In this document: positions 12,955 through 25,665 of the stretch, piece by piece
Position numbering within the stretch: position 1 is the first letter of the stretch
Layout of the letters: every line of letters begins with the position of its first letter
Assembly (NCBI GenBank): GCA_028534125.1
Contig: CM052816.1
Coordinates: 52,888,001-52,952,000, forward strand
From: Lama glama
Lineage: Eukaryota
Direction: 5' to 3'
DNA length: 64,000 nt
Translations under genes and position numbers: made by a program
The notes under the pieces: model-generated
Told to the model about the DNA's origin: nothing
Databases searched by the model: none
Seen by the model: only the letters and a program-made list of their open reading frames with translations

Positions 12955-13725
12955 ATGAGCAATACGAAGAAGCAGAGGAACCACTCCCAATTAAAAGATC
13001 AAGAGAAATCCCCTGAGAGCATGATCAAGGAAATAGACACTGATGGCCTACTAGATCAAGATTTCAAAAAAGGAGTGATCAAAGTACTGAAGGAACTAAA
13101 AGAAATAGTGTTTAGAGATATAAAATATGTCAAAAAATGAAATAGAAGCTATAAAGAAGAACCAAGTACAATCAGTAAACTCATTTGCTGAGATCAGAGC
13201 TGACCTAAAGGATGTACAAAGCAGGTCCTATGGGATAATATAAAGCATGCCAATCTTCGCATAATAAGGGTTCCAGGAGGGGAAGAAAGAACAAAGGGGA
13301 TTGAAATCATGACTGAAAACTTCCCAAACCTTAAGAAGGAATCAGATATCCAAGTATAGGAGGCTCAGAGGGTCCCAAACAGGAAGAACTCAAACAGACC
13401 CACACCAAGACATATCATAATCAAGATGGCCAAGGTCAAGGATAAAGAAATGATCCTAAAGGCAGCAAGAGAAAAACAAAGAGTGAGTTACAAGGGAACA
13501 AGGCTTAGAGCTGATTTCTCTACACAAACACTACAGGTCAGAATGGAGTGGCAAGATATATTCAAAGTCCTGAATGAAAAAAAGATGCTGCCTAGGATAC
13601 TCTATCCAGCAAGGCTACCCTTTAGAATAGAAGGAGAGATAAAGAACTTTACAGACAAGCAAAAACCAGAAGAGTTTAGCAACACTAAACCCATGGTAAA
13701 AGAAATATTGACAGGTCTACTCTAA
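12955..13725 (+). pseudogene. Disrupted L1 ORF1p (MSNTKKQRNHSQLK...LWDNIKHANLRII...RILYPARLPFRIEGEIKNF)
   Basis: ORF1 RRM/CTD motifs in ORFs 12847..13140 and 13426..13725; frameshift at ~13135, in-frame stop ~13357, shortened coiled coil. Confidence 0.9.
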
Positions 13726-14194
13726 ATAGAAAAGAAGCAGGATGCTACAAAAATGAGACACTCATAACTGGAAAAGTGGTAATAACTACCATGAATTACA
13801 AATAGAATAAACACAAAATTGTAAAAGAAGACATCTAAATCATTAAGAGTGGGAGAGGGAAGCAAGGAAAGCCACTGTGGAAAACAGTATAGAGATTCCT
13901 CAAAAGACTAGGAATAGACTTATGACCCAGGAATCCCACTCCTGGGCATATATCCAGAAGGAACCTGACTTCAAAATGACACCTGCACCCCAAGGCTCAT
14001 AGCAGCACTATTTACAATAGCCAAGACATGGAAACAGCCTAAATGTCCATCAACAGATGACTGGATAAAGAAGTAGTAATATTTATATAATGGAATACTA
14101 TTCAGCCACAAAAACCAACAACATAACGCCATTTGCAGCAACATGGATGTTCCTGGAGAATGTCATTCTAAGTGAAGTAAGCCAGAAAGAGAAA

Positions 14195-14694
14195 NNNNNN
14201 NNNNNNNNNNNNNNNNNNNNNNNNNNNNNNNNNNNNNNNNNNNNNNNNNNNNNNNNNNNNNNNNNNNNNNNNNNNNNNNNNNNNNNNNNNNNNNNNNNNN
14301 NNNNNNNNNNNNNNNNNNNNNNNNNNNNNNNNNNNNNNNNNNNNNNNNNNNNNNNNNNNNNNNNNNNNNNNNNNNNNNNNNNNNNNNNNNNNNNNNNNNN
14401 NNNNNNNNNNNNNNNNNNNNNNNNNNNNNNNNNNNNNNNNNNNNNNNNNNNNNNNNNNNNNNNNNNNNNNNNNNNNNNNNNNNNNNNNNNNNNNNNNNNN
14501 NNNNNNNNNNNNNNNNNNNNNNNNNNNNNNNNNNNNNNNNNNNNNNNNNNNNNNNNNNNNNNNNNNNNNNNNNNNNNNNNNNNNNNNNNNNNNNNNNNNN
14601 NNNNNNNNNNNNNNNNNNNNNNNNNNNNNNNNNNNNNNNNNNNNNNNNNNNNNNNNNNNNNNNNNNNNNNNNNNNNNNNNNNNNNNNNNNNNNN
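14195..14694. other. Assembly gap (500 N)
   Basis: N run; the same 22 nt flank both sides. Confidence 0.99.
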
Positions 14695-16899
14695 TGAAGT
14701 AAGCCAGAAAGAGAAAGAAAAATACCATATGAGATCACTTGTATGTGGAATCTTTAAAAAAAAAAAAAAGAAGAACATAAATACAAAACAGAAACAGACT
14801 TACAGACATAGAATACAAACTTGTGGTTGCCAAGGGGGCGGGGGGTGGGAAGGGACAGACTGGGATTTTAAAATGTAGAATAGATAAACAAGATTATATT
14901 GTATAGCACAGGGAAATATATACAAGATCTTGTGGTAGCTCACAGTGAAAAAAAATGTGACAATGAATATATGTATGTTCATGTATAACTGAAAAATTGT
15001 GCTCTACACTGGAATTTGACACAACATTGTAAAATGACTATTACCTAATAAAAAAATGTTAAAAAAAAAAAAAGGACCCAAAGAGACATTGTTTCAAAGA
15101 AGACATACAAATGGCCAAGTACATTAAAAGCTGTTCAGCATTACTAAGCATCAGGAAAATGCAAATCAAATCCACAATGAGATACTACCCACAATTGTTA
15201 AGATGGCTATTACCAAAGAGTCAAAAGATATGTGTTGGCAAGAGTTTGGAGAGGAAAAAAACCCCTTATACACCATTGGTAGGAATGTAAATTGGTACAA
15301 CCATATTGGAAAGCAGCATGAAGCCTCCTTAAAAAATTAAAAATATAACTATCATATGTTCCAGCAATCCCACTTCTGGGTATAAATACCAAAGGAAAAA
15401 ATTTCTATCTCAACAAGGTATCTGCACTCCCATTTCCCACTGCAGCATTATTCACAGTAGCCAAGAGATGGAAACAACCTAACTGTCCACTGACAGATGA
15501 ATGGATAAAGAAAATGTGGGGGTTTTGTGTGTGTGTGTGTGTGTGTACACATATACAATGGAATATTACTTGGCTTTAAAAAAGGAAATTCTGCCATTTG
15601 TGACATGGATGAAGCTAGAAAACATTATGCTAAATGAAATAAGCTAGACACAGAAAGACAAATACTACATAATCCCACTTACATGTGGAATCTAAAAAAG
15701 TAAGATTCATAGTAGTAGAGCGTGGAATGGTAGTTACTAAGTGCTGGGGAACAGAATGAGGGAAATGGGGGAATGCTAAAGGGTACAAACTTTCAATAAG
15801 ATGAATATGTTCTGGACACATAATGTATAATATGGTGAATACAGTTAATAATGTATTGTATACTTGAAATTTGCTAAGAGAATTTTCATCACAAAAAATA
15901 TGATAACCATGTGAGGTGATGAATATGTTAATTATCTTGATTATGGTACTCATTTCACAACATATATATACATCAAAACATCACATTGTATACCTTAAAT
16001 ATATGCAGTTTTTGTCACTCCTATATCAATAAAACTAGAAGAAAAATATTAGTAGGAAATGTGGGCATATACATATTTTAACTACTTGAAATTCAGTGAG
16101 CTAATAATTTATGAATATTTTATCCACCTTTTCAATTTCTTCTTTGTTCCTAAATAAGGTGGAATGTTGAAATTTTTAAAGACAGAGCCTCTGAGAAATC
16201 TGTAAGATAACTGTCCCCAAATTGTTCCTCCTAGGTGCCAAGAGGCTCCATAATTTGCTCCTTTCGTAAATTAAACATTATATAAGAAATCTTGAACAAT
16301 TCATTCATAATCATCTTTTGATTTTATAACCAGTACCATGAAAACCTTAGCCTATCCTCATCTCAACTCAAAATTCAAAATCAATTACTTCAGTTCTCAT
16401 AATATCTTCAAACTAACCAGAATTTCCACAGAATAGTTATAACAGGTGGAATTCAGGAGCCTGGAAAACTCTGATTCCTCTACAGCCTCTTTTTTGTCCA
16501 GGCAACCATGTATTCACCTAAAAGCTAGAGTGAAATAAAAGTTAAAATTCAGAGAAGTACTTCAGATTTTTGACTTAAAGAGCTCTGTTTGTTAATATAG
16601 CAACTTGAAAAAACAGAGAAAATACTTTTAAATGGGGGAAAAAAACTCAGAAGGTACTCATTTTCAAAAATTTAATTTTTAGATTTCAAAACACAGAATT
16701 AATTTTCAAACTAATTAACTAACATTTCCCTGGAACTTACTAAAGCAGCTGACTGATTTATTATTAAAAATAATTTATTATTAAAATAATAAATTCATTA
16801 TTACCAATCTTAAGTGAGCCTTGCACACTACCCAGCAAATACTGTTTCAGGTCTTCCTCCACTCTGTTTCCCTGGGCAGCTTGATTTCCTGCACTCAGC

Positions 16900-18700
16900 G
16901 AACACTACATCAAACTTTACCCACTATTCTTAAACCTCTGACATCTCACGTCAACCTCTCTACTCTCAGTGGACGACCCTCTGCATAGTAATTCAGAGAG
17001 AAAACAGGAAGAAGCCACTCAACTCTGGAAACACCATTAACCTTTCTACACCACATCTACAAACTTCCTTGTATCTACACCTATCCTCTCCTCCTACCCT
17101 CCAGTTCTGTAAAGCTTTCCCCTTACCTAAAGCCAGTCACTCCAAATACAGGCAGGATCCCCACACCCTTTCCATTTTCTAAGGAATCTTATTCATAATA
17201 GTACTTTTCTTTCCAGAGTAGTCAATCTCCTCTCTCTCTACTCAATCCTTCCCCTAAACATTTATAGGTTGTTAAAGTTTCTTCCACCTTAAAAACAAAA
17301 AATAAAACAAAAACCCCTTTGTTCCAACTTCCCAACTCTGGCTCCCATCTTTCATAGCCAAACTTCCCAAAACAATCATTCATATGCTTAGTTTCCATTT
17401 CTGTTTTCCCACTCCCTCCTCAACCTATTTCAGTCAGTCTTGGATCCAGGCTCTCCTCTCTCCCTGGACAATCACATCCATACTGTTGGCTTCAGTTGTG
17501 ATCTTTATGCCAATGATTACCAAATGCATACTTCAGGCCAATACCTTTCCTCTGAATTCCAAATCTATATACATTAAACTATCAACTTTAGGTATCTAAT
17601 TTGATGTTACAAATGCATGTTTAAGGCAACATGTCCACAGAACTCATGAGACCCTTGTTCACCCTCCAATTCCTATTAAACACACATACTCATAAATCTT
17701 TTTCTGTCTCAGTGAATGGTACCACTATGCATCCAGCTGTAGAAGCCAGAAACTTGGGAGTAATCTTCAATATCTTCTCTATCTAGTCCAGTGGTTCTCA
17801 ATTAGAGGCAGTTCTGCCCCCCAGGGAACATCTAGCAATGTCTGTAGACATTTTTGGTTGTCATGACCGGAGACTAGTGGCATCCAGTGGGTTGAAGCCC
17901 AGGAATACAGCCAGACATCCTAGGATGCAGAGGACAACCCCTCCACACCAAAGAAAGTTGGCCCAAAATGTCAATGGTGTAGAGGCTTAGATGACCTAAT
18001 CTAATCCATCATCAAATCTTACAAATTTCACTTCCCCAATACAGCTTAAATCCATCAATTTTTCTTCATCTTAACTACCTAATCAGTGCTTCTTAATTCA
18101 AAGCACTATTATCTTTCATCTAGAATACAATAACTTTCCTACATCCATATTTGCCCAACTGCATAAAATGAAGTCAGAATAATTTAAACTCATCTTTCCT
18201 GCTTAAAAAGAAAAAAACCTGAATAGCTTGCCGTTGTTCTTAGGCTGAAGACCAAAATGACACAGAAGTCCTTGCATGATCTGCTGGCTGTCCCCACTGC
18301 TCCCACCACACTTCAGCCATTCTCCCTCTAATCAACCAAACTTTAACCGCCTCGGCCTCCTTTCAGTTCTTTGCACACACCATGCTTCTTTCTACATTAG
18401 GACCTTCAAACATGCTGTTCTTTCTCTCTAAGGCATTCTCTCCAGCCCAACCATGCTTTCACTAGTTAACTCCTACTTATCCTTCAGATCACAGCTCAAA
18501 CATTATCTTGTCTAGACCATCCCTGAAACCTCAAACAAATTCTCCCAGCACTCTGCAATTTTCCTCTATGACATATATAAAACTGCGATTTGTCATGATT
18601 ATTTTTAATAGCTCTTCCTCTGTATGTACACGGTAAAGAGACCATGTATATTTAGCACAACATTGTAGTAGCTAGCACTCACAAGTATTTGTTGGAGAAA
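16900..18700 (+). mobile_element. Degenerate LINE-2 (3' portion), interrupted by MER20
   Basis: L2-typical pyrimidine-rich segments (tctcagtgaatggtaccact...ccagaaacttgggagtaatc; ending aagtatttgttg); boundaries approximate. Confidence 0.65.
17789..17998 (+). mobile_element. MER20 inserted in L2
   Basis: cagtggttctcaa 5' terminus; 8-bp TSD atctagtc/atctaatc. Confidence 0.85.
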
Positions 18701-20044
18701 AAAAAACAGAATCTAATCTACTACAGGAGTTTCAATTGTCACTTTTATTGCAGGTGACTTCAGAATTCATATCTCTGGCTCCAGCCTTGCTTCTGAAATA
18801 TACAACAAGTTCAGCTACAACATGTTTTTCTACAATATCAATTAGCTTACAGATGATTGGTAAATAGAGGAACAGTATCATCTGAATGTATTGGTTGGGT
18901 TTATTTGTATGTGGAGCTGAAATTATAGAAATGTAACTTTTACAAGAAAGAAAAAAAGCCCTCAGCTTAGCTGCTCACAGGCAGGAGTCCTTATAGATCT
19001 AAGACAACTAAAAATGAGCATCTGCATCTAGAGTTTCCACTCAATAGCACACCCACAGCCTCACACAGCTCTCTGCTGGTGTATTTCCTTCTGAGTCTAC
19101 CTTAACAGCAGCCTCACCGACTCAGAACTCCACTTTTAAGTGCCTTGTCTCAGTACTCTCCACAAGCCGGCATATCTCAACTCTGTATTATATACTTTTA
19201 ATATCCCCTGCAGCAGCATCCATCCACGCTAAGCCATTTATCTGTTCTGTCCAAGTCACTTCCTAAGGTATTGATTATTATTCTTGACAGTATTCCATTA
19301 AAAATTGTTTAGGTTCTGAGTACTATGCTCCAGCCCTGTTTTCCCAAAGTCCTATATTCTCAGCAAGTAATTTTCAGAACATGAGGTCTTTCAAGAGCAC
19401 AAACGTTAGAGCAGTTTCCCACAGTTCCAAATAACTCTTCACTAGTTCTTCAACATGCTTGTATGCCCCAAATCTGAGTTCCTTATCTCTTTTAATAGTC
19501 CAGAATCAAATCATTAGTCATTGATGTCTGTCTCTCCCTCTCCCCTCTATATTCTGTCATTTCACACATCTATTAATTTTCCTTATGCATGGTCTCTCAC
19601 ATCTTTTCCACCACCATCCACCATAAGCTTCAGCACCTCTCATCTGAAAGAACTTAATAATTACTAGCCTTTAAGGTAATCACCCATCTTCCAGGCCCTC
19701 CTTATTCCACACCAAACTCCACTATACTGCAAGAACTATCTTCCCCAAAATGCAAATCTAATTATGCTAGTCCTCTATTCAAAAACCTTCAATGGCATTC
19801 TTCTGTGCTTTCAAGGACTCAAACTACTGCTCCACTTTTATTTCATACTGAAACTCATGTTACAATGCGGCAGAGATAAACAGAGGTAAACCATACAAAC
19901 CGCCGAGCACACTGCTGACAAAGACACTCAATAAATACTAGTTACTACTGTCACAGATTATCTGCAGTCTTAGTCAGTTCTAAGAATGTCATCTCCCTAC
20001 CCTTGATTTTAAGCATGTTAAGTTCCTCCTCTTTGTATTACTAG

Positions 20045-20222
20045 AGATGAGGGTCAAATCTTGGCTGTGTCACTTACTAGCTGTGACCTTGAGCAAGACA
20101 TTAAGCTTTCTGAGCCTCAGTAAAATTAAGATAATATCCGTGTCATGGGGTTGTTGAAAAGACTAAATGACATAGCATAGGTAGAATGCCTAGAAGAGAA
20201 GAGACATCAATAAATGTTAGTT
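20045..20222 (+). mobile_element. MIR SINE
   Basis: tcaaatcttggctgtgtcacttactagctgtgaccttgagcaag core. Confidence 0.75.
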
Positions 20223-20914
20223 TTCTTAAAAAGTGTTCACTTAAAGAATGAACACAGAACTAACTGCTTGCCTTCTTTCTCCCGCAACTAGGTAAGTAGA
20301 CAGCAGCACTCAAAGAAATTGGTTTAACAACAAAATTTTACCTTTATCCCTTGAGATAAGGGCTTATGCCAAAAACATAAGGTTTAGGAGAATCTTTCCC
20401 TATGCAACTAAGCAAAGAGAAAGTTACTGATATGGAACCATACTTTACTAGATGATTTACAAGACTAATGTAAATCCTGTTATTAAACTTATTGAGACTC
20501 AATATATACCTAATCCATATGCAGAACTAGTATTTAGTTAGTTCTAACAGTTAACTATTACATCCATATAAATACACGCAAAAGCAGAGCTTCAATACTC
20601 ACGCATAAAATATTCCATAAAAAATGGGCCTACCTGCATACATATATCAAAAACCCCTCGTATAAGAAAAGGTTGTTATATATTCATTCAAAGAATTAGC
20701 CTGATTTGATTTATACCGTGAGCTTTCACAATACAGTATTACTACCGTTTTTCTAAAATGATAAAGCAAAGAAAGAACAAAGAATGCGGCAGAAGGGGGA
20801 GGGGGAGAGCAATACCAAAACATCCCAAGTTAGTCTTTTTCCATTTACTTTGCTTTTTCCTCCCTCCCAGTGATTTTGCCTAAATGCTTTTCCTACTTGA
20901 TAGTAAAAAGAAAA

Positions 20915-22125
20915 TGACGATCTTTTTCATAAATGGTGCTGGGACAATTGAAAAAAGAGCAAAAACTGAAGCTGGAAATTAACTCAATATGGATCAAAGA
21001 CCTAAAACTATAAAGCTCTTAGAATCACATAAAGGCATTAATTTTTGTGACTCTGGATTAGGTAATGGTTTCTTAGATACAACACCAAAAGCTCAAGCAA
21101 CCAAAGAACAACAAATAAACTGGACTTTTTTTTCATCAACATGAAAAGCTTTTGTGCTTCAATGGACACCATCAAGAAAGTAAAAAGACAAACCACAGAA
21201 TGAAAGAATATATTTGCGAATTATATATCTGACAGTCTAATATTCAGAACATATAAAGAACTCTTAGCCTATAACAATAAAAAATAATAACATAATTTAA
21301 AAATGAGCAAAGGATCTGAATAGACAATTCACCAAAAAAGATACACAAATGGCTAACACACCAAATCAACATCATTAGTCATTAGAGAAATAAAAACCAA
21401 AATCACAATGAGATACCATTTGCAACCACCAGGATGGCTATAATCAAAAAGACAAACAATAACAAGTGTTGGTAAGGATGCAGAGAAACTGGAACACTCA
21501 TACACTGCTGGCAGGAATGCAAAGTGGTGCAGAAACTTGGGCAATTCCTCAAAAAGTTATACAGAGAGCTACCACATAACCCAGCAATTTCACCACTAGG
21601 TATAGACCCAAGAGAAATGAAAACATGTCCACACAAAAACTTGTACACAGATATTCACAGCAGCATTATTCAGAATAGTCAAAAAAGTGGAAACAGCCCC
21701 CAAAAATCCATCAACTGCATAAATAAATCTATAAGTAAAATGTTATATCTATACAATGGATTTCTATTCAGCAATAAAAAGGAATAAAGAACTGAGAAAT
21801 GCTATGACATCAAAGAATTTTGAAAACATGCTAAGTGAGAGAAGCAAGACCACATATTGTACGATTCCATTTATATGAAAGTCCAGAATAGGCAAATCCA
21901 TAAGATAATAAATCAATTAATGGTTGTTGGGGGCTGGGGAAAGGGGCAGGGATGAGAAAGGAACTGTTACTGAGTACAAGGTATCTTTTGGGGGAATAAA
22001 AATGTACTGAAAGTGGGTAGTGGTAATTGCTGCACAATCTTGTGAACACAATAAAAACCACTAAATCATACACTTAAGAAGAGTGAATTTTATGATCCAG
22101 TTACGTGTCAATTAAAGAAAAAAAG
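20915..22125 (+). mobile_element. 5'-truncated L1MB-type element
   Basis: ORF2 C-terminal sequence plus L1MB 3'UTR (attccatttatatgaaagtccagaataggcaaatcc). Confidence 0.85.
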
Positions 22126-23046
22126 AATGACAGCAGAATAAATGGCACAACTAAGGAATAAAGTAAGTGTTCCTTTCTGATCCAACATTTTCTGTACACT
22201 TACTATGCTCCAGACCTATGCTGGTTGCCAGAAACCCGAAGATGAATAAAACAAAGTCACTAAACTCTCTTCAGGCTCATTCTCCTTAGCCTACACATGT
22301 CATATTTCTTGAGATAGAGCAGCCTTGAAAATGCAAAAACAGCAAATATAAGCCACAGACAATCCAAGAGAATGCAGATATTTACATGATAAACCCTGCT
22401 AATTACCTAGATTTTTTTTTTTTAGGTTTCACTAAATTTGGGGAGGGGGAAGACCTATGCTTCTAATACTGGTATTAAATAACTCACTGTTCCCCAAAGC
22501 TGATGTCATTTTCCAAGAATTACTATTTAAATAGCTTCATTTCATTTACTTGAAACTTTCTGTAAAAATAATGTTTCTGATAAATCTTTCTTGATCATAT
22601 CACCTTGAAAGTATTATTTTCTCAGTGACTCCTGGGTTCTCTACTTTTGATATTCAAAAACCTCATAACAAATACAAATATTCCCCCAAAAGATGATTTT
22701 TAACACTTTATCACAATATCCATATGAAAATTTGTTTTCTGTAATAAGAATAGATAATAACAGAATTCTCTAAACTAAGAAATCAAATGTTTTACACTCT
22801 AATTTCAGATTTTTATGAATCAGAGAAAATCTGATTTCCTGATATGAAAGCTGCATTTCCATAAAAGAACAGCTAACAAAAATCAAAGAATCTAATTAAG
22901 ACAGAAAACTGTTGGACAGTACTTTAAACAGTGCAAAAAAGGTCATGGTCTACTTAATCCAAGGCATGTAGATATTTCTGATACTTTAAATACACTACTT
23001 ATATTAACTTCTCAAAAGATAAAACTAAAATCTATATTATAATTAC

Positions 23047-23284
23047 CTTATCTTTGGCCTCAGGCAGTGTGATTTCTCGAGGTTCTAAAAATGGTATTTC
23101 TTGAAAAGGTGGAACACATCTGACTATATCTGGTACATAGTGTGTATGAAACAATGGCGGCATTGAGTATCTTCTATCACCTGATAAAGGCACTATGTGG
23201 TTAACTATAGTTGGCTCTTGGTGGGGTGAGTGAAAACGTTGCCGTTTACCATCAAGTGGAAGATTTTTTTCATCGCTTAATCTC
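23047..23284 (-). CDS. TENT2: TENT2 coding exon 3 RLSDEKNLPLDGKRQRFHSP...RRYSMPP...LPEAKDK
   Basis: Contained in ORF 23032..23298; ttttcag| acceptor, AAG|gtaatt donor; 238 nt, ends in phase 0 (codon 155). Confidence 0.97.
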
Positions 23285-24144
23285 CTGAAAACAAGCAAAA
23301 TACCTTAGTGACTAAAGGTTTAATTTTCTGATAATAAATAGAAAACAATTTAAAACAGATGAAATATTGATCTTCTCAGCAAGGCCACATTATTAGCTCT
23401 AAACGAATCTTAAAATATTCATTTTCAGCACACAAGATACCTTAGAAAACACCTTAGAAAAAATGTGTAATAATGATGCATATTTTTAAAAAAACAAACC
23501 ACATATATACATTAGGGTTGCTCTCCTGCATTTGAACTACCACAGTATTTCACATTGGCAGCAAAAACTTGATAGGAAAATTCCTATTGATAGAATCACT
23601 AACAATAAAAGATCCAAACTCTTAACATAAGGAGGGTAAGATTAGGTTAACTGAGTGCTATATATAAAAAAACGTTCTTTGAGTCCACCTAAGTCAGTAG
23701 GTTTATCAATAGGATAATTTTTTTTAACTCTACAATTTTATGGGTCATAGCCACCTGAAAGTTTTTTTTAAATACTCCTTTGGGATTATATCAATTCCTC
23801 TCTCCATGACAGACCCACAAAATGACTGGAATTCCTACTCACAGGTAAAGGTAAGTAGAGCTAAAAATGTAAGCATACATTTAACATTTTTAAACATAAA
23901 ATTTAGAGCTTTATATCCTGGGTATCTTCTACTGAGAATGTCAAATTTAGTTTTAAAAATACATATGCATAATTATGAACTAATGAAATTTATTTTCATT
24001 TGTGATTCACAAATGGATTATCAAGGCAATTTCTAAAAAAAATGAAAGTTTGAATAAAGTCAATACTTTAAGCATCATTATATAGTTTTCCACAATGACA
24101 CTTTGAAGAACAATTCACAGTGTTCTAAGTGAGGGATCTTCTAA

Positions 24145-24350
24145 GAGGGGTCTAGAACCAGACCACCAGGGTTCACATCCCAGCTATGATACTTTTACCT
24201 CAATAACCAGGTCATTACTTCTGTGATCTTCAGCTTTCTCCTCAACAGAAGAGGGGCAACAATACTTACCTCACAAAGTGTTGTGAGACTTAGTCAAACC
24301 AATACTTAAAACAATGCCTACTACACAGTGAGTGATCAATAATTCTTACT
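24145..24350 (+). mobile_element. MIR SINE
   Basis: gaaccagaccaccagggttcacatcccagct...tacttacctcacaaagtgttgtgag. Confidence 0.65.
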
Positions 24351-24631
24351 AATGTTATTTTTAATTGGACATAAAAGTTATGGAGTATTTGTACAGGTTT
24401 TAAATATCAATATCTTGTAAATATTGCCAAATCTTATTTTAATAATCACCCCCTAAAGTTCTATCATAATTATCCTGTGATACATCAATTTCTTTAAATT
24501 GGTTAAAATGAATTGGCTCCCAACTTCTCTACAGAAAGCTTTACATCATGTAGAAATTTTCACTATAATAATATTTATCATGGAGCCTTACCTGTGTAAG
24601 ATAAATAAAATACGAAACTTTGCTAGAAAGG

Positions 24632-24993
24632 TGTTATAGGCTGAATCATGTCCTCTCAAATACATGTTTAAGCCGTAAGCCCCAATGTGACTATATTTGG
24701 ACATAGGGCATTTTAAAAAGTAATTAAATTACAATGGGATCATTAGGGTGGGCCCTAATCCAATATGACTAGTGTCCGCAGAAGAACAAATTGGGACACA
24801 GAAAACATAGAAGGATGACCATAAGAGGACACAGAGAGAAGGCAGCTAAAGAGGGAGGCCTCAGAGGAAACCAAATCTGCCAACACCTTGATCTTGGACT
24901 TACAGCCTCCAGAATTGTGAGAAAATAAATTTCTGTTGTTTAAGTCACTCAATCTGTTGTACTTCATTATGGCAGCCCTAGTAAACGGATACA
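24632..24993 (+). mobile_element. MaLR solo LTR (MLT1A/B-like)
   Basis: TG...CA ends; gggtgggccctaatccaatatgact, aataaatttctgttgtttaag, atggcagccctag. Confidence 0.85.
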
Positions 24994-25223
24994 GAAACCC
25001 ATCTGATTTAGCTGAGAATCTCAATTAAAAAGTAGTTATCTGAAGAGCTATCCCTAAAATTTTTTAAACATTTATAAGTTTTAAAATTCTGTTACAGTAC
25101 TGATCACACCGGTCCCAGAAAACAAAGTTTAGTGCATAGTATCCATTCAACTTTAACAAGATACGCTGTTAAACAGTTCCCAGAAATCAAATTTTTCTTT
25201 TAAACTAAGTAAGAAATACTTAC

Positions 25224-25313
25224 TTCCTTCCTCGAAATAATGGGGAAGTTGAGGTCTGTATTGGACTGACATTTCCATATGTCAACTGCTGTAATGACAC
25301 AGCTCTGGACAAG
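25224..25313 (-). CDS. TENT2: TENT2 coding exon 2 (D)LSRAVSLQQLTYGNVSPIQTSTSPLFRGR(K)
   Basis: ttaatag| acceptor, |gtaagt donor, 90 nt, phase 2-2; matches the recalled GLD-2 sequence. Confidence 0.96.
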
Positions 25314-25528
25314 CTATTAAAAACAAAGAAGGAACAGCAGTAGTATACATTTTTTCCTTAAAAACAAAAGAAACTAATTTCAGAAAAATTAAATAGTTTA
25401 CTGACCAAAAGAAAACAATATATGACGACATTTTCTCTAACTCCAAATGTTTCATATAAAAAGGATTTGTGTCAAGCAGAAAAATGAAACTTAAAAAATG
25501 ATATGGACCAAAGTAACACCATACTTAC

Positions 25529-25665
25529 TCTGTATTCTGAAAGTTGAACTGTGCATCTATAAGCTGCTGGTGTGAATAAAGGCTTGGTGACAGGGTGAAG
25601 AAGTTATTATGTTGTTGATGGTTCGGAGTGAAAGGCGGGCGACCCAAAATTGAGTTTGGGAACAT
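25529..25665 (-). CDS. TENT2: TENT2 first coding exon (coding part; exon acceptor at 25702), MFPNSILGRPPFTPNHQQHNNFFTLSP...LIDAQFNFQNT
   Basis: Manual translation matches the recalled N-terminus of mammalian GLD-2/PAPD4; ATG at 25665; donor GA|gtaagt after 25529; 137 nt, ends in phase 2. Confidence 0.96.

Larger units (their letters stand above)
11812..15068 (+). mobile_element. Lineage-specific L1 with 5'UTR, decayed ORF1, almost complete ORF2 deletion, 3'UTR and poly(A)
   Basis: Starts agcaagatggc (YY1-type L1 start); CpG-rich 5'UTR; ORF1 12955-13725; ORF2 C-terminal remnant from ~13870; aataaa plus A-tail; 18-bp TSD aaaaaggacccaaagaga at 11794-11811 and 15069-15086. Confidence 0.93.
10920..16045 (+). 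mobile_element. Old 5'-truncated L1MA(8/9-like) element, interrupted at 11794-15086 by a younger L1
   Basis: ORF2 3' sequence 10920-11793 resumes at 15087 (gacattgtttcaaagaagacatacaaatggcc); L1MA-type 3'UTR to ~16040. Confidence 0.85.

Noticed and set aside
12112..12990. Many overlapping 60-150-aa ORFs on both strands
   Set aside because: GC-rich L1 5'UTR depleted of stop codons; not host genes.
14090..14878. Long ORFs of 186-262 aa
   Set aside because: Artefacts of translating through the N gap; the real parts are the L1 ORF2 C-terminus.
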